The position numbers and the translations under genes were made by a program. From contig JANVYR010000001.1 in the NCBI GenBank assembly GCA_030059665.1, positions 768,001-832,000 on the forward strand: 64,000 nucleotides of DNA. The letters run 5' to 3'. How positions within the stretch are numbered: the first letter of the stretch is position 1; the number at the start of each line of letters is the position of its first letter. The notes under the pieces are model-generated. The model was not told the DNA's origin. It saw nothing but the letters and a program-made list of their open reading frames with translations, and did no database searches. Source of the stretch: Candidatus Calditenuis fumarioli. Lineage in GTDB: Archaea > Thermoproteota > Nitrososphaeria_A > Caldarchaeales > Calditenuaceae. This document shows, piece by piece, positions 27,598-37,680 of this stretch.

Positions 27598-28212
27598 GTG
27601 GACACCAAGGAGCTCGCTGCCGGGACCTCGACCGCGGCGATCTCCGCGGCCATGGCGCTGCTTCCCCTGAGCTTCTCATACCCCCCGATACCCTACCTGA
27701 AGTTCGATCTGGCCGAGGTGCCGGTGTTCCTGGCGCTGCTGGGCTTCGGGCCGACCGCGGGCTTCCTCTCGGCGACGGTCTACCTCTTCGCGCTCCTGCT
27801 GATGGGGCAGTTCTCGCCGCTGGGGCCGTTGATGAAGTACGCCGCAGTGGTCTCGACCTTCCTCGGCATCTGGGCCGGCCTGAGGCTCATCGGCAGGTCC
27901 GGGCCCCGGGCTAAGCTCGTCCTCTCGGGGACGCTCGGCGCCGCCCTCAGGATAGCGGTGATGACCGCGCTCAACTACCTGGTGCTTGTGGTCTTCTTCC
28001 CCGATTTCCTGGGGTTCGCGGTCGGCGCGCTCTCCGCCTTCATGGGGACCAAGCTGGATCCGGGGACGGTCGGCCTGCTGCTGGTGCTGGCGCACACCGC
28101 CCTTTACAACGCACTCCACACCGTGATGAGCCTCGCGCTCTCGGTGGCGGTGCTGAAAGGCGTGATGGCCGCAGGGGCACCCAGGCCCGGCTGGAGGCCC
28201 TGGATCGTCTGA
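27598..28212 (+). CDS. ECF transporter S component (paralog 2)
   Basis: PYLKFDLAEVPVFLALLGFGP, 6 TM, YNALH. Confidence 0.82.
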   Translation: MDTKELAAGTSTAAISAAMALLPLSFSYPPIPYLKFDLAEVPVFLALLGFGPTAGFLSATVYLFALLLMGQFSPLGPLMKYAAVVSTFLGIWAGLRLIGRSGPRAKLVLSGTLGAALRIAVMTALNYLVLVVFFPDFLGFAVGALSAFMGTKLDPGTVGLLLVLAHTALYNALHTVMSLALSVAVLKGVMAAGAPRPGWRPWIV

Positions 28213-28220
28213 CGGACAGA

Positions 28221-29486
28221 TCACTCGTAACGCAGCGCCTTCACCGGATCGAGCCTCCCCGCCCTCCACGCGGGATAGATGCCGGCTAGCACGCTGATCA
28301 TCAGAGCGAACCCAAAGGCCATGAGGGTCATCTCCGGCGATATCACCGGGGTTATCTGCAGTGACGTCTGAGAGGCTCCTCCGAAAGGAGGGCCACCGAA
28401 CCCGCCTGCGCCCCTTACGGGCCCGCCAGCAGGGACCCTTGGCGCAAAGGACGTCAGCACCGACGGGAGCAGGTAGGAGCCCACAGAGCCAATCGCGATC
28501 CCCAAAAGGCCTCCGAAGACCCCGATCAGGAAAGCCTCGGTCAGGAATATCATCAGGACCTCCCTGTCCCTGTAGCCGAAGGCCTTCATCACGCCGATCT
28601 CCTTGGTCCGTTCGACCACCGAGATGACCATGATGTTGGTGATGCCGAGCCCGGCGACCGCCAGCGAGATGGCCGCCACGGAGGCCAGCAGCAACCCGAA
28701 CGAGGCGATGATCCCGCTCACCGTCTCCGACAGCGCCTGGACCGAAACGATCCTGGCGTTGTTGCCGTACATGACCGTCAGCTGGTCCACAAGGTCCTGG
28801 ACGTAGTCCACCGAGCTGGCCCTGACCAGTATCAGGTTGTAGTCCCTCCTGTTGGTGAGCGTCTTGACCGCGTCGAGCGGTAAGAAGACCGAGCCGTCGA
28901 TGGAGACGAACGCGGAGGCGCCGTACCTGTCAAGCACACCGCTGACTATGACTGTGATCCTTCGGGAGAAGGTCTGGAACCTCTGCTCGAGGATTAGGGG
29001 CTGGTTGACGAAGACCTGCCTGTTGCCTCCCGCGCTGGGCGGGAACGTCACGTCGTACCCTGCCAGACCGATGGGCGCGGTGGTGGGCGGATACGGCTGC
29101 CCCTCGATCAGCTTCAGTTCGCCCAGCAGCAAGGGGAGCTGTTCTGGCCTGACCCCGATCACTGTGAGCTCCACGTCCTGACCGGAGACGGTCATGTAGG
29201 CCCTCGTCGAAACCATTGGGATCACGGCCTCCACGTTCGGGAGCGACGAGATCATTGCCACGTCAGCGTCTGTCAGCTGCGTCCTCCCGAAGGGCGTGAT
29301 GACGATGCTCGTGGGGCCAAGAGTCTGGAGCGACCTGACAACCGATTGCTGGACGCCAGCGGTCTGGGAGGTGAGCGCTATGACCGAGGCGACGCCTATG
29401 GCTATCGCGAGCATCAGCAGGAATACCCGCAGCCTCTTCTCGCGCCAGTGCCTCAGGCTCAGGAAGAAAACGTCGCTCGCCCTCAT
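28221..29486 (-). CDS. MacB/FtsX-type ABC permease
   Basis: LAIAIGVASV, GLGITNIMVISVVERTKEIGVMKAFG, GIYPAWRA..LDPVKALRYE. Confidence 0.93.
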   Translation of the reverse strand: MRASDVFFLSLRHWREKRLRVFLLMLAIAIGVASVIALTSQTAGVQQSVVRSLQTLGPTSIVITPFGRTQLTDADVAMISSLPNVEAVIPMVSTRAYMTVSGQDVELTVIGVRPEQLPLLLGELKLIEGQPYPPTTAPIGLAGYDVTFPPSAGGNRQVFVNQPLILEQRFQTFSRRITVIVSGVLDRYGASAFVSIDGSVFLPLDAVKTLTNRRDYNLILVRASSVDYVQDLVDQLTVMYGNNARIVSVQALSETVSGIIASFGLLLASVAAISLAVAGLGITNIMVISVVERTKEIGVMKAFGYRDREVLMIFLTEAFLIGVFGGLLGIAIGSVGSYLLPSVLTSFAPRVPAGGPVRGAGGFGGPPFGGASQTSLQITPVISPEMTLMAFGFALMISVLAGIYPAWRAGRLDPVKALRYE

Positions 29487-31435
29487 CGCCTGAACCTCCT
29501 CCCCACGAAGAGGCCAACTCCTAACCCAACCACCGCCGTGATGACCGGCAGGATCAGTCCCTGCGTTTGGACTTGCTGTGTTGCCTGTGCGGTCTGGCGC
29601 GCTCCACCTCCGAACCGACCACCGAACTGCCCTGCCGACTGGCCTCCGCCGATCGGCACGGTGACCGACAGCCTCTCCGTGTGCTGCTCGCCCATCTCGT
29701 CCCTGTATGCCACCAGCAGCGGTATCTGGACGGGCCCTGGCCTGGTCGCGTTCGGAGCCACGAATGTGAAGGTCACCGAGGTCGGAGTGTTGACCGCGAC
29801 GTCTCCGAGGAAGGTCCTCGACTGTCCGAAGGACCTGACCTCAGAGCCACGATCGACGCTGACCGATGTAGCGATCGCCCTCGCGGTTCCCGTGTTCACC
29901 AGAACGAGGGTGACGGAGAAGGTCTGTCCCGGAGCCGGTCTCTCGGGCAGCACGGTGTAGTCCACGATCTCGAACTTCCTGATCCCCTTCACGAGGACGC
30001 CCAGCTGCCTCTGCTCAGACTTCTGGACGTTGTCGGGCCCGTAGTACCTCACTCCCACGTTAAGTGTCAGCGATGTCGGCGCGTCGCTGGGGACGAAGAG
30101 GCCCACCGAGAACCTCCTCTCCTCGTTCGGCTGGAGGGATTCGACAGAGAGGACCGCATCGGAGATCCAGGTGGCCGTGCCAGACTGGAGCAGCTCGACC
30201 GTCAGCGCGTTCAGGACGGATCCTCCCACGTTCCTGACGACCAGGGTCACGTTGTTCACCATTCCCGAGTAGATCACCGTCGGCGATACCCTCACGTCGA
30301 GGGGCGACAACAGCTCCCTAGGCTTCGCGGAGACGAAGAACGTGATCGACCTGGTCTCGGTCCTGAGCTGGTTGGCGTCGTCGAGGTAGCTGAGCGTCAG
30401 GGTGACCGGAACAGACGGGGCGGTCGTCTCGGCGAGGTAGAGCCTCAACGGGATCGCTACGCTCTCACCGATTTCTATCGAGTCGATGTGGAACCTCCCG
30501 TCGGATCCGATCATGATTATCGGGAGACCCACCGAGACCAGCACGGTCAGGTCCCTCACCGAGGACGTACCTGTGTTGGATAGCCTCAGGGTTACGTCGT
30601 TGACCTGCTGCATCACGAGCTCCGAGGCCGACGCCTCCACTAGCAGGTTGGGGACCTTCGGGTAATCCGCAACGAAATCGACCGTTTTCGTCACGGTCTT
30701 CTGGTTCAGGTATGGATCGAGGTAGCTCACGGATAGCGCCAGCGAGATCGACGCTCCTGCGAGGTTCGGAGGGATGTAAATCCTTACCCTCACTTTCGCA
30801 GCCTTACCCGCCTCCAGGTCGCCCAAATCTATCGTTCTGTCGAGCACGCTGATCTGCTGCTGGGAGGACACCTCGAGTCGCAAGTTGCGGGCCGTGCCGG
30901 TGCCAGCGTTCTGGACCGACAGCTCCACGGTGTTCTGCGTTCCTGCAACCACTGACGATCTCGATGCGATCACCCTCAGGTCGGTCGTCCCGAGAACCCT
31001 TACCGGCAGCGAGACGGTTCCGGAGAACGTGGTGTCGTCGGACCTCGTGCCGGTGATCAGCGCCTGGACCTGATAGGTGCCTAGCTGCAGGGCTTCTGCC
31101 AGGTTGAGCCTGAAGGTTACTGTCACCGACTGACCGGGCTGCATCGCCGGAATGTAGACTGACGGTCTGGGATCTCCATTTGCGGATTCGAACCCGTCCG
31201 GTAGGAGGAGGGTTACGGTGCCGTAACGCAGCTGGATCTTCCCCGTGTGGAGGAGCGTGATCGTCAGAGGGGCCCCAAAACTTCCAGGTCCCACCTCGAC
31301 GGGCGACCCTCCCTCGGACCATCTCACGTCGGTCACGGCGATGTCCCCGACCTCCTGCGGAAAGGCCGGGATTGGAGCAAGAGCGACTACACCTAGGATG
31401 ACCAGGGCCGCAAGGACGAACGCAGCGCCCCTCAA
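29483..31435 (-). CDS. COG1361 S-layer-like multi-Ig-domain surface protein
   Basis: Signal peptide, repeated V.N.G...A..L.V beta domains, Gly/Gln linker, C-terminal TM plus RRFRR. Confidence 0.8.
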   Translation of the reverse strand: MRGAAFVLAALVILGVVALAPIPAFPQEVGDIAVTDVRWSEGGSPVEVGPGSFGAPLTITLLHTGKIQLRYGTVTLLLPDGFESANGDPRPSVYIPAMQPGQSVTVTFRLNLAEALQLGTYQVQALITGTRSDDTTFSGTVSLPVRVLGTTDLRVIASRSSVVAGTQNTVELSVQNAGTGTARNLRLEVSSQQQISVLDRTIDLGDLEAGKAAKVRVRIYIPPNLAGASISLALSVSYLDPYLNQKTVTKTVDFVADYPKVPNLLVEASASELVMQQVNDVTLRLSNTGTSSVRDLTVLVSVGLPIIMIGSDGRFHIDSIEIGESVAIPLRLYLAETTAPSVPVTLTLSYLDDANQLRTETRSITFFVSAKPRELLSPLDVRVSPTVIYSGMVNNVTLVVRNVGGSVLNALTVELLQSGTATWISDAVLSVESLQPNEERRFSVGLFVPSDAPTSLTLNVGVRYYGPDNVQKSEQRQLGVLVKGIRKFEIVDYTVLPERPAPGQTFSVTLVLVNTGTARAIATSVSVDRGSEVRSFGQSRTFLGDVAVNTPTSVTFTFVAPNATRPGPVQIPLLVAYRDEMGEQHTERLSVTVPIGGGQSAGQFGGRFGGGARQTAQATQQVQTQGLILPVITAVVGLGVGLFVGRRFRR

Positions 31436-32112
31436 TTCCTCCTCACCTCGCTCTCCACCCTGCCATCCCTCATCCGGACGATCCTGTCTGCGTACTCCGC
31501 GATCTCGAGGTTGTGCGTCACCAGCAGTATCGTCTTCCCCTCGCGCTTGTTGATTTCCCGCAGGAGCTCGACGACGTTCTTCGCGTTGGCGGAGTCGAGG
31601 TTCCCCGTCGGCTCGTCGGCCAGTATCACCGAGGGGTTGTTGACAAGGGCCCTCGCGATGGCGACCCTCTGCTGCTCCCCTCCCGAGAGCTCCGTAGGTT
31701 TCTTCGAGGCCTTGTTCTCCATTCCCAACCTGGCCAGCATCTCGAGCGCCCTCCGCCTCCGCTCGGATCTGGGGACGCCGGCGGCGATCAGCGGTAGCTC
31801 CACGTTCTCCAGTGCCGTCAGGTGCGACAGAAGGTTGAAGGTCTGGAAGACGAATCCCAGTTCCTTCCGCCTGAGCTCGTTAAGTCCTGACCTGCCGAGC
31901 GAGGTGTAGGAGGTGCCGTTGAGGACTATGTCGCCCTTCGTGGGGAGGTCCAGCGCACCAACTAGGTTCAGCAGCGTCGTCTTCCCCGAGCCGGACGGCC
32001 CAACGACCGCCACGAACTCGCCGTCCTCGATCCTCAGGGTTACGCCCCTCAGCGCCGGATATTCGACGCTCCCGGTCCTGTAGACCTTCCAGACGTCGAT
32101 CAGTTCCAGCAT
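31432..32112 (-). CDS. ABC ATP-binding protein (LolD/MacB type)
   Basis: GPSGSGKTT, LSGGEQQRVAIARAL, ADEPTGNLD, VTH. Confidence 0.96.
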   Translation of the reverse strand: MLELIDVWKVYRTGSVEYPALRGVTLRIEDGEFVAVVGPSGSGKTTLLNLVGALDLPTKGDIVLNGTSYTSLGRSGLNELRRKELGFVFQTFNLLSHLTALENVELPLIAAGVPRSERRRRALEMLARLGMENKASKKPTELSGGEQQRVAIARALVNNPSVILADEPTGNLDSANAKNVVELLREINKREGKTILLVTHNLEIAEYADRIVRMRDGRVESEVRRN

Positions 32113-32268
32113 TTCGCGATGCTTCTTGAAAACGTTGATTTAAGCGAGATGGACGAATCGTCTAAGGGAGCTAGTGCGAACCCGCAGGCGGCCTGAGGGT
32201 TTTGCAACTCCACCGGCGACATTGGTTTAAGGGTAGGGAACCCGCAATCACCCCTGAGGCGCTCGGAT

Positions 32269-33984
32269 TTGGAGGTAATTGACTGTGATGTGGTCGTGGT
32301 CGGCTCAGGCCTCGCGGGGCTGAGGGCCGCGATAGAGGCCGCCCGCGTCGGCGGTCCCAAGCTCAGGGTCGCGGTCGTGACCAAGACGCAGCCGATGAGG
32401 TCCCACAGCGTCTCCGCCGAGGGAGGGACGGCCGCGGTGCTTTACCCGGAGGAGGGGGACTCCTTCGAGTCGCACATGTGGGACACCGTGAAGGGCAGCG
32501 ACTTCCTGGCGGACCAGGACGCGGTCGAGCTCTTCGTCAGAGAGGCTCCCAAGGAGATAATCCAGCTGGAGCACTGGGGGATGCCCTGGGCCAGGAGGGA
32601 GGACGGCAAGATAGCGCAGCGCTACTTCGGAGGCCAGTCCTATCCGAGGGCCTGCTTCGCGGAGGACAGGGTGGGCTTCTTCGAGATGAGCACGCTCTAC
32701 ACCACGTGCCTCAGGCACGACAACATCGAGTTCTACGACGAGCGCTGCGCGACCGCAATCGTCCACGAGGACGGAGGCAGGTTCGCGGGGGTGGTGGCCT
32801 ACGACATCAAAAGCGGTGACCTCGAGTACTTCAGGGCCAAAGCGGGGATCATCGCCACCGGCGGTGCCGGGAGGCTGTACCCATTCGCCTCGTTCGGTCA
32901 CAGCTCCACGCCAGACGGTCTCGCGATGGCCTTCAGGGCCGGCATACCTCTGAAGGACATGGAGTTCGTGCAGTTCCACCCTACGGGCCTCGTTCCATCG
33001 GGGATCCTCATCACGGAGGCCTCGAGGGGTGAGGGGGGAATTCTCCGCAACTCCAAGGGCGAGCGGTTCATGGAGCGCTACGCTCCGAAGATGAAGGACC
33101 TCGCACCGAGGGACATCGTCTCCAGGTCCATCATGACCGAGATCCGGGAGGGGAGGGGCTTCAAGGACGAGGAGAGCGGGTACGAGTACGTCCTGCTGGA
33201 CCTGACCGTGATAGAGCCGGAGAAGATCGTGAAGAGGCTGACCAGCATCAGGGAGATCTGCCTGAAAATGAGGGGGATCGACCCGATCAGCGAGCCGATA
33301 CCCGTGAGGCCCGTCGCCCACTACTACATGGGAGGGATAGACGTCAACATCAGCGGTGCGACCGAGATGCCGGGGCTATGGGCCGCCGGCGAGGCCGCCT
33401 GCGTCAGCATCAACGGCGCCAACCGGCTCGGCTCCAACTCAACCACCGAGTGCCTCGTTTGGGGGAGGATAACGGGCGCTGAGGCGGCGAGGTTCGCGAT
33501 GAGCCACGACGACCCGGACCCCACAATGGCGACCCTGCAGCAGGAGGAGAAGAGGATCTACGACGTCCTCCTCGGGCCGGCTCCGAGGGTGGACCCCTAC
33601 GACGTCAAGGCGGAGCTCCAGAAAACGATGGAGGAGCACTTCCACGTCTTCAGGGAGAAGGGATCGATGGAGGAGGGCCTCAGGAAGATCAGGAAGCTCA
33701 GGTCCGAGTTCGAGATGGGCGTGGTCGACAAGAGCAGGAGGTACAACACGAACCTCGTCCACGTGCTGGAGGTAGATGCGATGCTGGCAGTCTCGGAGCT
33801 GATCGGTGCGGCCGCGCTTCACAGGACCGAGAGCAGGGGAGCACACTACCGCGTTGATGCGCCGAAGAGGGACGACGCAAGCTGGCTCAAGCACATACTG
33901 CTGAGGAAAACGGCCGAGGGCTTCGCCTTCGACTACAAGCCCGTCGTCATCACGAAGTACCAGCCGCAGGAGAGGGTCTACTGA
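32269..33984 (+). CDS. sdhA: Succinate dehydrogenase/fumarate reductase flavoprotein subunit
   Basis: GSGLAG, RSHSVSAEGG, EFVQFHPT, LITEASRGEG, AHYYMGG, GANRLGSNS, RTESRGAHYR. Confidence 0.95.
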   Translation: MEVIDCDVVVVGSGLAGLRAAIEAARVGGPKLRVAVVTKTQPMRSHSVSAEGGTAAVLYPEEGDSFESHMWDTVKGSDFLADQDAVELFVREAPKEIIQLEHWGMPWARREDGKIAQRYFGGQSYPRACFAEDRVGFFEMSTLYTTCLRHDNIEFYDERCATAIVHEDGGRFAGVVAYDIKSGDLEYFRAKAGIIATGGAGRLYPFASFGHSSTPDGLAMAFRAGIPLKDMEFVQFHPTGLVPSGILITEASRGEGGILRNSKGERFMERYAPKMKDLAPRDIVSRSIMTEIREGRGFKDEESGYEYVLLDLTVIEPEKIVKRLTSIREICLKMRGIDPISEPIPVRPVAHYYMGGIDVNISGATEMPGLWAAGEAACVSINGANRLGSNSTTECLVWGRITGAEAARFAMSHDDPDPTMATLQQEEKRIYDVLLGPAPRVDPYDVKAELQKTMEEHFHVFREKGSMEEGLRKIRKLRSEFEMGVVDKSRRYNTNLVHVLEVDAMLAVSELIGAAALHRTESRGAHYRVDAPKRDDASWLKHILLRKTAEGFAFDYKPVVITKYQPQERVY

Positions 33985-34061
33985 ATAGCTGCGCCGGCGA
34001 GGTAGCGCCTTCCCGCTTCGCGTGAACTCATATACTTCTAACCATCGGTGGTGCGGGGCAC

Positions 34062-34685
34062 ATGTTCTCGGAGCTGACGAGGTGGGCGCTCGAGTTCGCC
34101 AGGAACCACCTCCTCCATTACGGCCCCCTGGGTCTCGCGGTCCTCTCCTTCTCCGAGGCCGTCTTCTTTCCCGTCCCTCCGGACGTCCTGCTGATACCTC
34201 TCGTGCTCATCGACCCAGCCAACGGTCCCCTCTACGGGCTGATCACGGTGGCCTTCTCGGTCGCCGGAGGGCTCTTCGGATACCTGCTGGGAAGGAAGGT
34301 GGGGAGGCCCCTGCTGGTCAGGTTGGTGGGAGAGAGTAGGTTGGTGCCCCTCGAGAGGTACTTCCAGCGTTACGGCGTGATGGCCGTCGGCCTCGCGGCC
34401 TTCACCCCCCTTCCCTACAAGGCCTTCACGGTCGGCGCAGGAGCGCTCGGACTCAGGGACTTGCGCGGATTCACGGTCGCGTCGCTTTTGGGCAGGGCTG
34501 GAAGGTTCGTTCCCGAGTCGGTAGTCCTCTCAGTCTACGGCGATCGGGTGATGGAGCTGCTGCTGACGTACATCGACGCCATCGGATATGCGACGCTCGT
34601 TGCGGCCGCGGTCTACCTCGCCTTCACTCTGCTTCGCCGGAGAGCTCGCGCTCGAGCGCCTTCATCTCCTCATCGACCATCTTAG
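34062..34685 (+). CDS. YqaA/DedA (VTT domain) membrane protein
   Basis: SFSEAVFFPVPPDVLL, FTPLPYKAFT. Confidence 0.9.
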   Translation: MFSELTRWALEFARNHLLHYGPLGLAVLSFSEAVFFPVPPDVLLIPLVLIDPANGPLYGLITVAFSVAGGLFGYLLGRKVGRPLLVRLVGESRLVPLERYFQRYGVMAVGLAAFTPLPYKAFTVGAGALGLRDLRGFTVASLLGRAGRFVPESVVLSVYGDRVMELLLTYIDAIGYATLVAAAVYLAFTLLRRRARARAPSSPHRPS

Positions 34686-36189
34686 CCGTCACGCCGATCG
34701 ACTTCAGAAGCGGCATCACGTCCGGAGGCTCCGTCCCTGCCACGTACGCCGAGTGCTTAGCTATCATCGGGAGGTACCTCGCGTAGACGCTGAGCCTCTT
34801 CTTCGCGGCCTCCCGCTTCTCTATCTGGCTGAGGTAGAGCCTGAGGGCCCTGGCGCACTCCCTTATGGCCATCGTCAGCTCCCTCTCTATCTCCGGCCTG
34901 TCGGAGACGGCCTCCTTTCCGACGGTCTTGTAGGGCACCTTGGGCGAACAGATGCTGGTCAGGACCAGCACCGGCATCCCCTTCTGAACCTTGTAGGAGG
35001 GCCAGTCGATCCGCTCGCTGATCACCTTCCAGGAGACGTCCGCCTTCTCGTCGTAGAGCAGCGGTATCTTGTTGGCGAACCTCAGCAGCTGTATCTCCTC
35101 CGACGGCTCTATCCCCCCTCCGTAGGCGATCGCAGCCTCGACGACGAAGGGTATGCCCGAGTAGCTGGACGGAGGCCTCTGCACCACGTGGAGGAACTCG
35201 GGCCTGTAGATCGACTTCAAACCTGCCTCGATGAACTCGACCCCGACGGGGCTGAGGGTCGAAGTCTCCGGGGCCCTGAACTTGCCGTACTGCCTGAAGG
35301 CCTCCACGAGCCTCGTGACCTCGTCGTGCGTCAGGTCCTTGACCCTCTTCTCCGGATCGATCCCGGCCAGCTTCAGCACCTCCTCGGCCGTCTTCGGACC
35401 GATCCTCTGGAACTCGTTGACCAGGAACGATCTGACGTCCCTGCTCTTGGTGTTAGCGATGAGGCGATTCACCGTCTCGACGTCCACTCCGAGCGGGTGA
35501 GGCTTCCCCTCCCTCGGAGGCTCCGGCGCCTTCTCGATCACCCTCCTGAAGACGTAGACCCTGCCCTTCGGGTCGACGAAGACTATGTTGGCGTTGGGGT
35601 TGACCACAGCGGTCATCTCGAAGTAGCTCAGGATCTTGGGCCTGCTGGTGCTGTAGTCGCCCTCCAGCGTGACCCTCACGATCGTCCCCCTCCACCTCTT
35701 CGCGTTTGGGTGGACCTTGTGCTCGATGACCTTCGGCTTGTTCTCGACGATGTCGATCATCAGCTTGTACTCGTGTATCTCCTTCCCTCCCCTGCTGGAG
35801 ATAACCGTGAAGGGCGTGTTGGTGGTGATCTGTCCGTAAAGGAGCGCCATCGTCCCTCCCACCCCGAAGGTTCCCCTCGACTGCTTGAAGCCGTACTTGC
35901 TGCCGTAGAGGACGGTGCCGAAGGCCTTCGGGATCATCGCGCCGTCGACGCCTATGCCGTTGTCCTTGACCGTGAGCGTGAAGAAGCGCTCTCCGTTCTC
36001 GTCGGCGCTCTCGAGGCTCACCCAGATGTTGGGCAGTATCCTGCCAACCTCCGTCGCGTCGAGGCTGTTCTCCACCAGCTCCCTGATGCACATGTACAGG
36101 GACCTCGCGGGGTTCGAGAAGCCCGCCAGGTCCCGATTCCGGTAGAAGAAGTCCGCTGGGCTGATCTCCTCGAACCTGACTTCGGTCAT
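34624..36189 (-). CDS. top6B: DNA topoisomerase VI subunit B
   Basis: EISPADFFYRN, ELVENSLDA, DNGIG, QSRGTFGVG, RFANKIPLLYD, YKTVGKE. ATG 36189 is the likely start. Confidence 0.97.
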   Translation of the reverse strand: MTEVRFEEISPADFFYRNRDLAGFSNPARSLYMCIRELVENSLDATEVGRILPNIWVSLESADENGERFFTLTVKDNGIGVDGAMIPKAFGTVLYGSKYGFKQSRGTFGVGGTMALLYGQITTNTPFTVISSRGGKEIHEYKLMIDIVENKPKVIEHKVHPNAKRWRGTIVRVTLEGDYSTSRPKILSYFEMTAVVNPNANIVFVDPKGRVYVFRRVIEKAPEPPREGKPHPLGVDVETVNRLIANTKSRDVRSFLVNEFQRIGPKTAEEVLKLAGIDPEKRVKDLTHDEVTRLVEAFRQYGKFRAPETSTLSPVGVEFIEAGLKSIYRPEFLHVVQRPPSSYSGIPFVVEAAIAYGGGIEPSEEIQLLRFANKIPLLYDEKADVSWKVISERIDWPSYKVQKGMPVLVLTSICSPKVPYKTVGKEAVSDRPEIERELTMAIRECARALRLYLSQIEKREAAKKRLSVYARYLPMIAKHSAYVAGTEPPDVMPLLKSIGVTAKMVDEEMKALERELSGEAE

Positions 36190-36459
36190 TTCCTTCCCGG
36201 CCCATCCCTGGAGCTGTATTTGAACCGCAATCGGGTCAGCCAAGTCAGCGGACGCGCGGTATTTCCCCTCGCTGAGTTGAGCATTGAAGTCAAGAGCCGA
36301 TGTTCCATGTGGAGGCCCGGACGCGGCGATCGAGGCAGACTAAAGCCGTGAGAGGCGAGGCGACGTGCGGACGCTACTGCCTGACGTATGAGAAGGCGTT
36401 ACATGAGGAGCGAGTTAATACGAGACGAGACCTGTTCGACGAGGACCGTGAGACCCGCG

Positions 36460-37677
36460 ATGGAGCAACGCCTCACGCAGGAGGAGGTGACAGAGCTCTC
36501 CGAGGCGCTGAGGTGCATCAGGTGCGGCTTCTGCAACTCCGTCTGCCCGACCAGCCTGATACCCGAGGCCTACAAGCCCTCGCGGACCGCTCGGGGTAGG
36601 ATGGTGCTGATCCAGTCGGCCCTGAGCGGCCTTAACCTCGACCTCTTCGACGGGGACGTGGCGGAGCTGATGGACCTCTGCTACGGCTGCAACCGGTGCC
36701 TGGCCGTCTGCCCCGCGGGCATCCCGATACCTGATTTGATTCGGAGCTACAGGCATGCCCTGTTGAAAAGGGAAGGTGAAAGGGAGCGCGTGATCGGGTT
36801 CTACACGGAGACCCTCCCGCAACTCTTCGGTCTTCCCGGACCCTTGAGGCGCCTGCTCCTCTCGATCGCTCCCAAGCGCCTGATAGCGATGTACCTGGGG
36901 CTTGCGACCGATGTGGAGCTTCCGGTCCCCGAGGGCGTGGAGGTTCGCGAGGTGATGCGGAGAACGGGCGTGCTGGGAGGTGACGATGCGGAGCTCGCCT
37001 ACTTCGCCGACACCTACTACCGATACGTGAGGCCCTCGTCGCTGGAGCCGCTCTTGCACGCGCTCCGGGAGCTCGGTCACAAACTCTCCTTCCCGAGGCA
37101 GTGGGACTCCGGCGTCCTCTTGTGGGAGTACGGCGACCGGGATGGGCTCAAAGCGCTCGCGGAGAGGAACGTGGCCTCTCTGGTCCAAGAGGTCGAGCGG
37201 GGCAGGAGGGTCCTCACCACCTCGCCGGCAGCGACGCTGATGCTAAGGGAAGTTTACCCCAGGGTCCTCAGAACTCCCGAAGCCACGTCGGTCTCGAGAG
37301 CGGTCGTCGACGTCTGCGAGCTGATGCTGGAGCTTTCAGAATCTGTGCCCGAGAGGCTGGCCGTGAGGGAGAACGCGGTAACCCTTCACTCCAGCTGCTT
37401 CTCGCAGCACCTGGGCTTGACGCCCAAGCTGATCGGAGCGCTCGAGGGCCTCGGTGTTAAGGTCGTCGCGGTGAGGGGGGAGTGCTGCGGCGTCGGCGGT
37501 CTGTGGGGACTTTTGAAGAGGAACCGGAAGACCTCCTTGCGCGTGGCGGAGCGGCTCGTATCGCACCTCGAAGGGCCCGTCGTCACCTACAGCGAGACCT
37601 GTCACCTCCAGCTCGAAGGACTCTGCGGACCTCGGGTTCGTCTGCCGTTCCAGCTCATCGCACCTCGAGGGGGTTGA
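36460..37677 (+). CDS. GlpC/GlcF-like Fe-S oxidoreductase subunit (2x4Fe-4S plus CCG domains)
   Basis: CIRCGFCNSVCP, CYGCNRCLAVCP, HSSC, ECCG; the first CCG domain lacks its cysteines. Confidence 0.85.
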   Translation: MEQRLTQEEVTELSEALRCIRCGFCNSVCPTSLIPEAYKPSRTARGRMVLIQSALSGLNLDLFDGDVAELMDLCYGCNRCLAVCPAGIPIPDLIRSYRHALLKREGERERVIGFYTETLPQLFGLPGPLRRLLLSIAPKRLIAMYLGLATDVELPVPEGVEVREVMRRTGVLGGDDAELAYFADTYYRYVRPSSLEPLLHALRELGHKLSFPRQWDSGVLLWEYGDRDGLKALAERNVASLVQEVERGRRVLTTSPAATLMLREVYPRVLRTPEATSVSRAVVDVCELMLELSESVPERLAVRENAVTLHSSCFSQHLGLTPKLIGALEGLGVKVVAVRGECCGVGGLWGLLKRNRKTSLRVAERLVSHLEGPVVTYSETCHLQLEGLCGPRVRLPFQLIAPRGG

Positions 37678-37680
37678 GCG

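Noticed and set aside
31180-31200. GGATTCGAACCC resembling a reverse tRNA T-loop
   Set aside because: Inside the S-layer CDS; the flanks do not form a T-stem or cloverleaf
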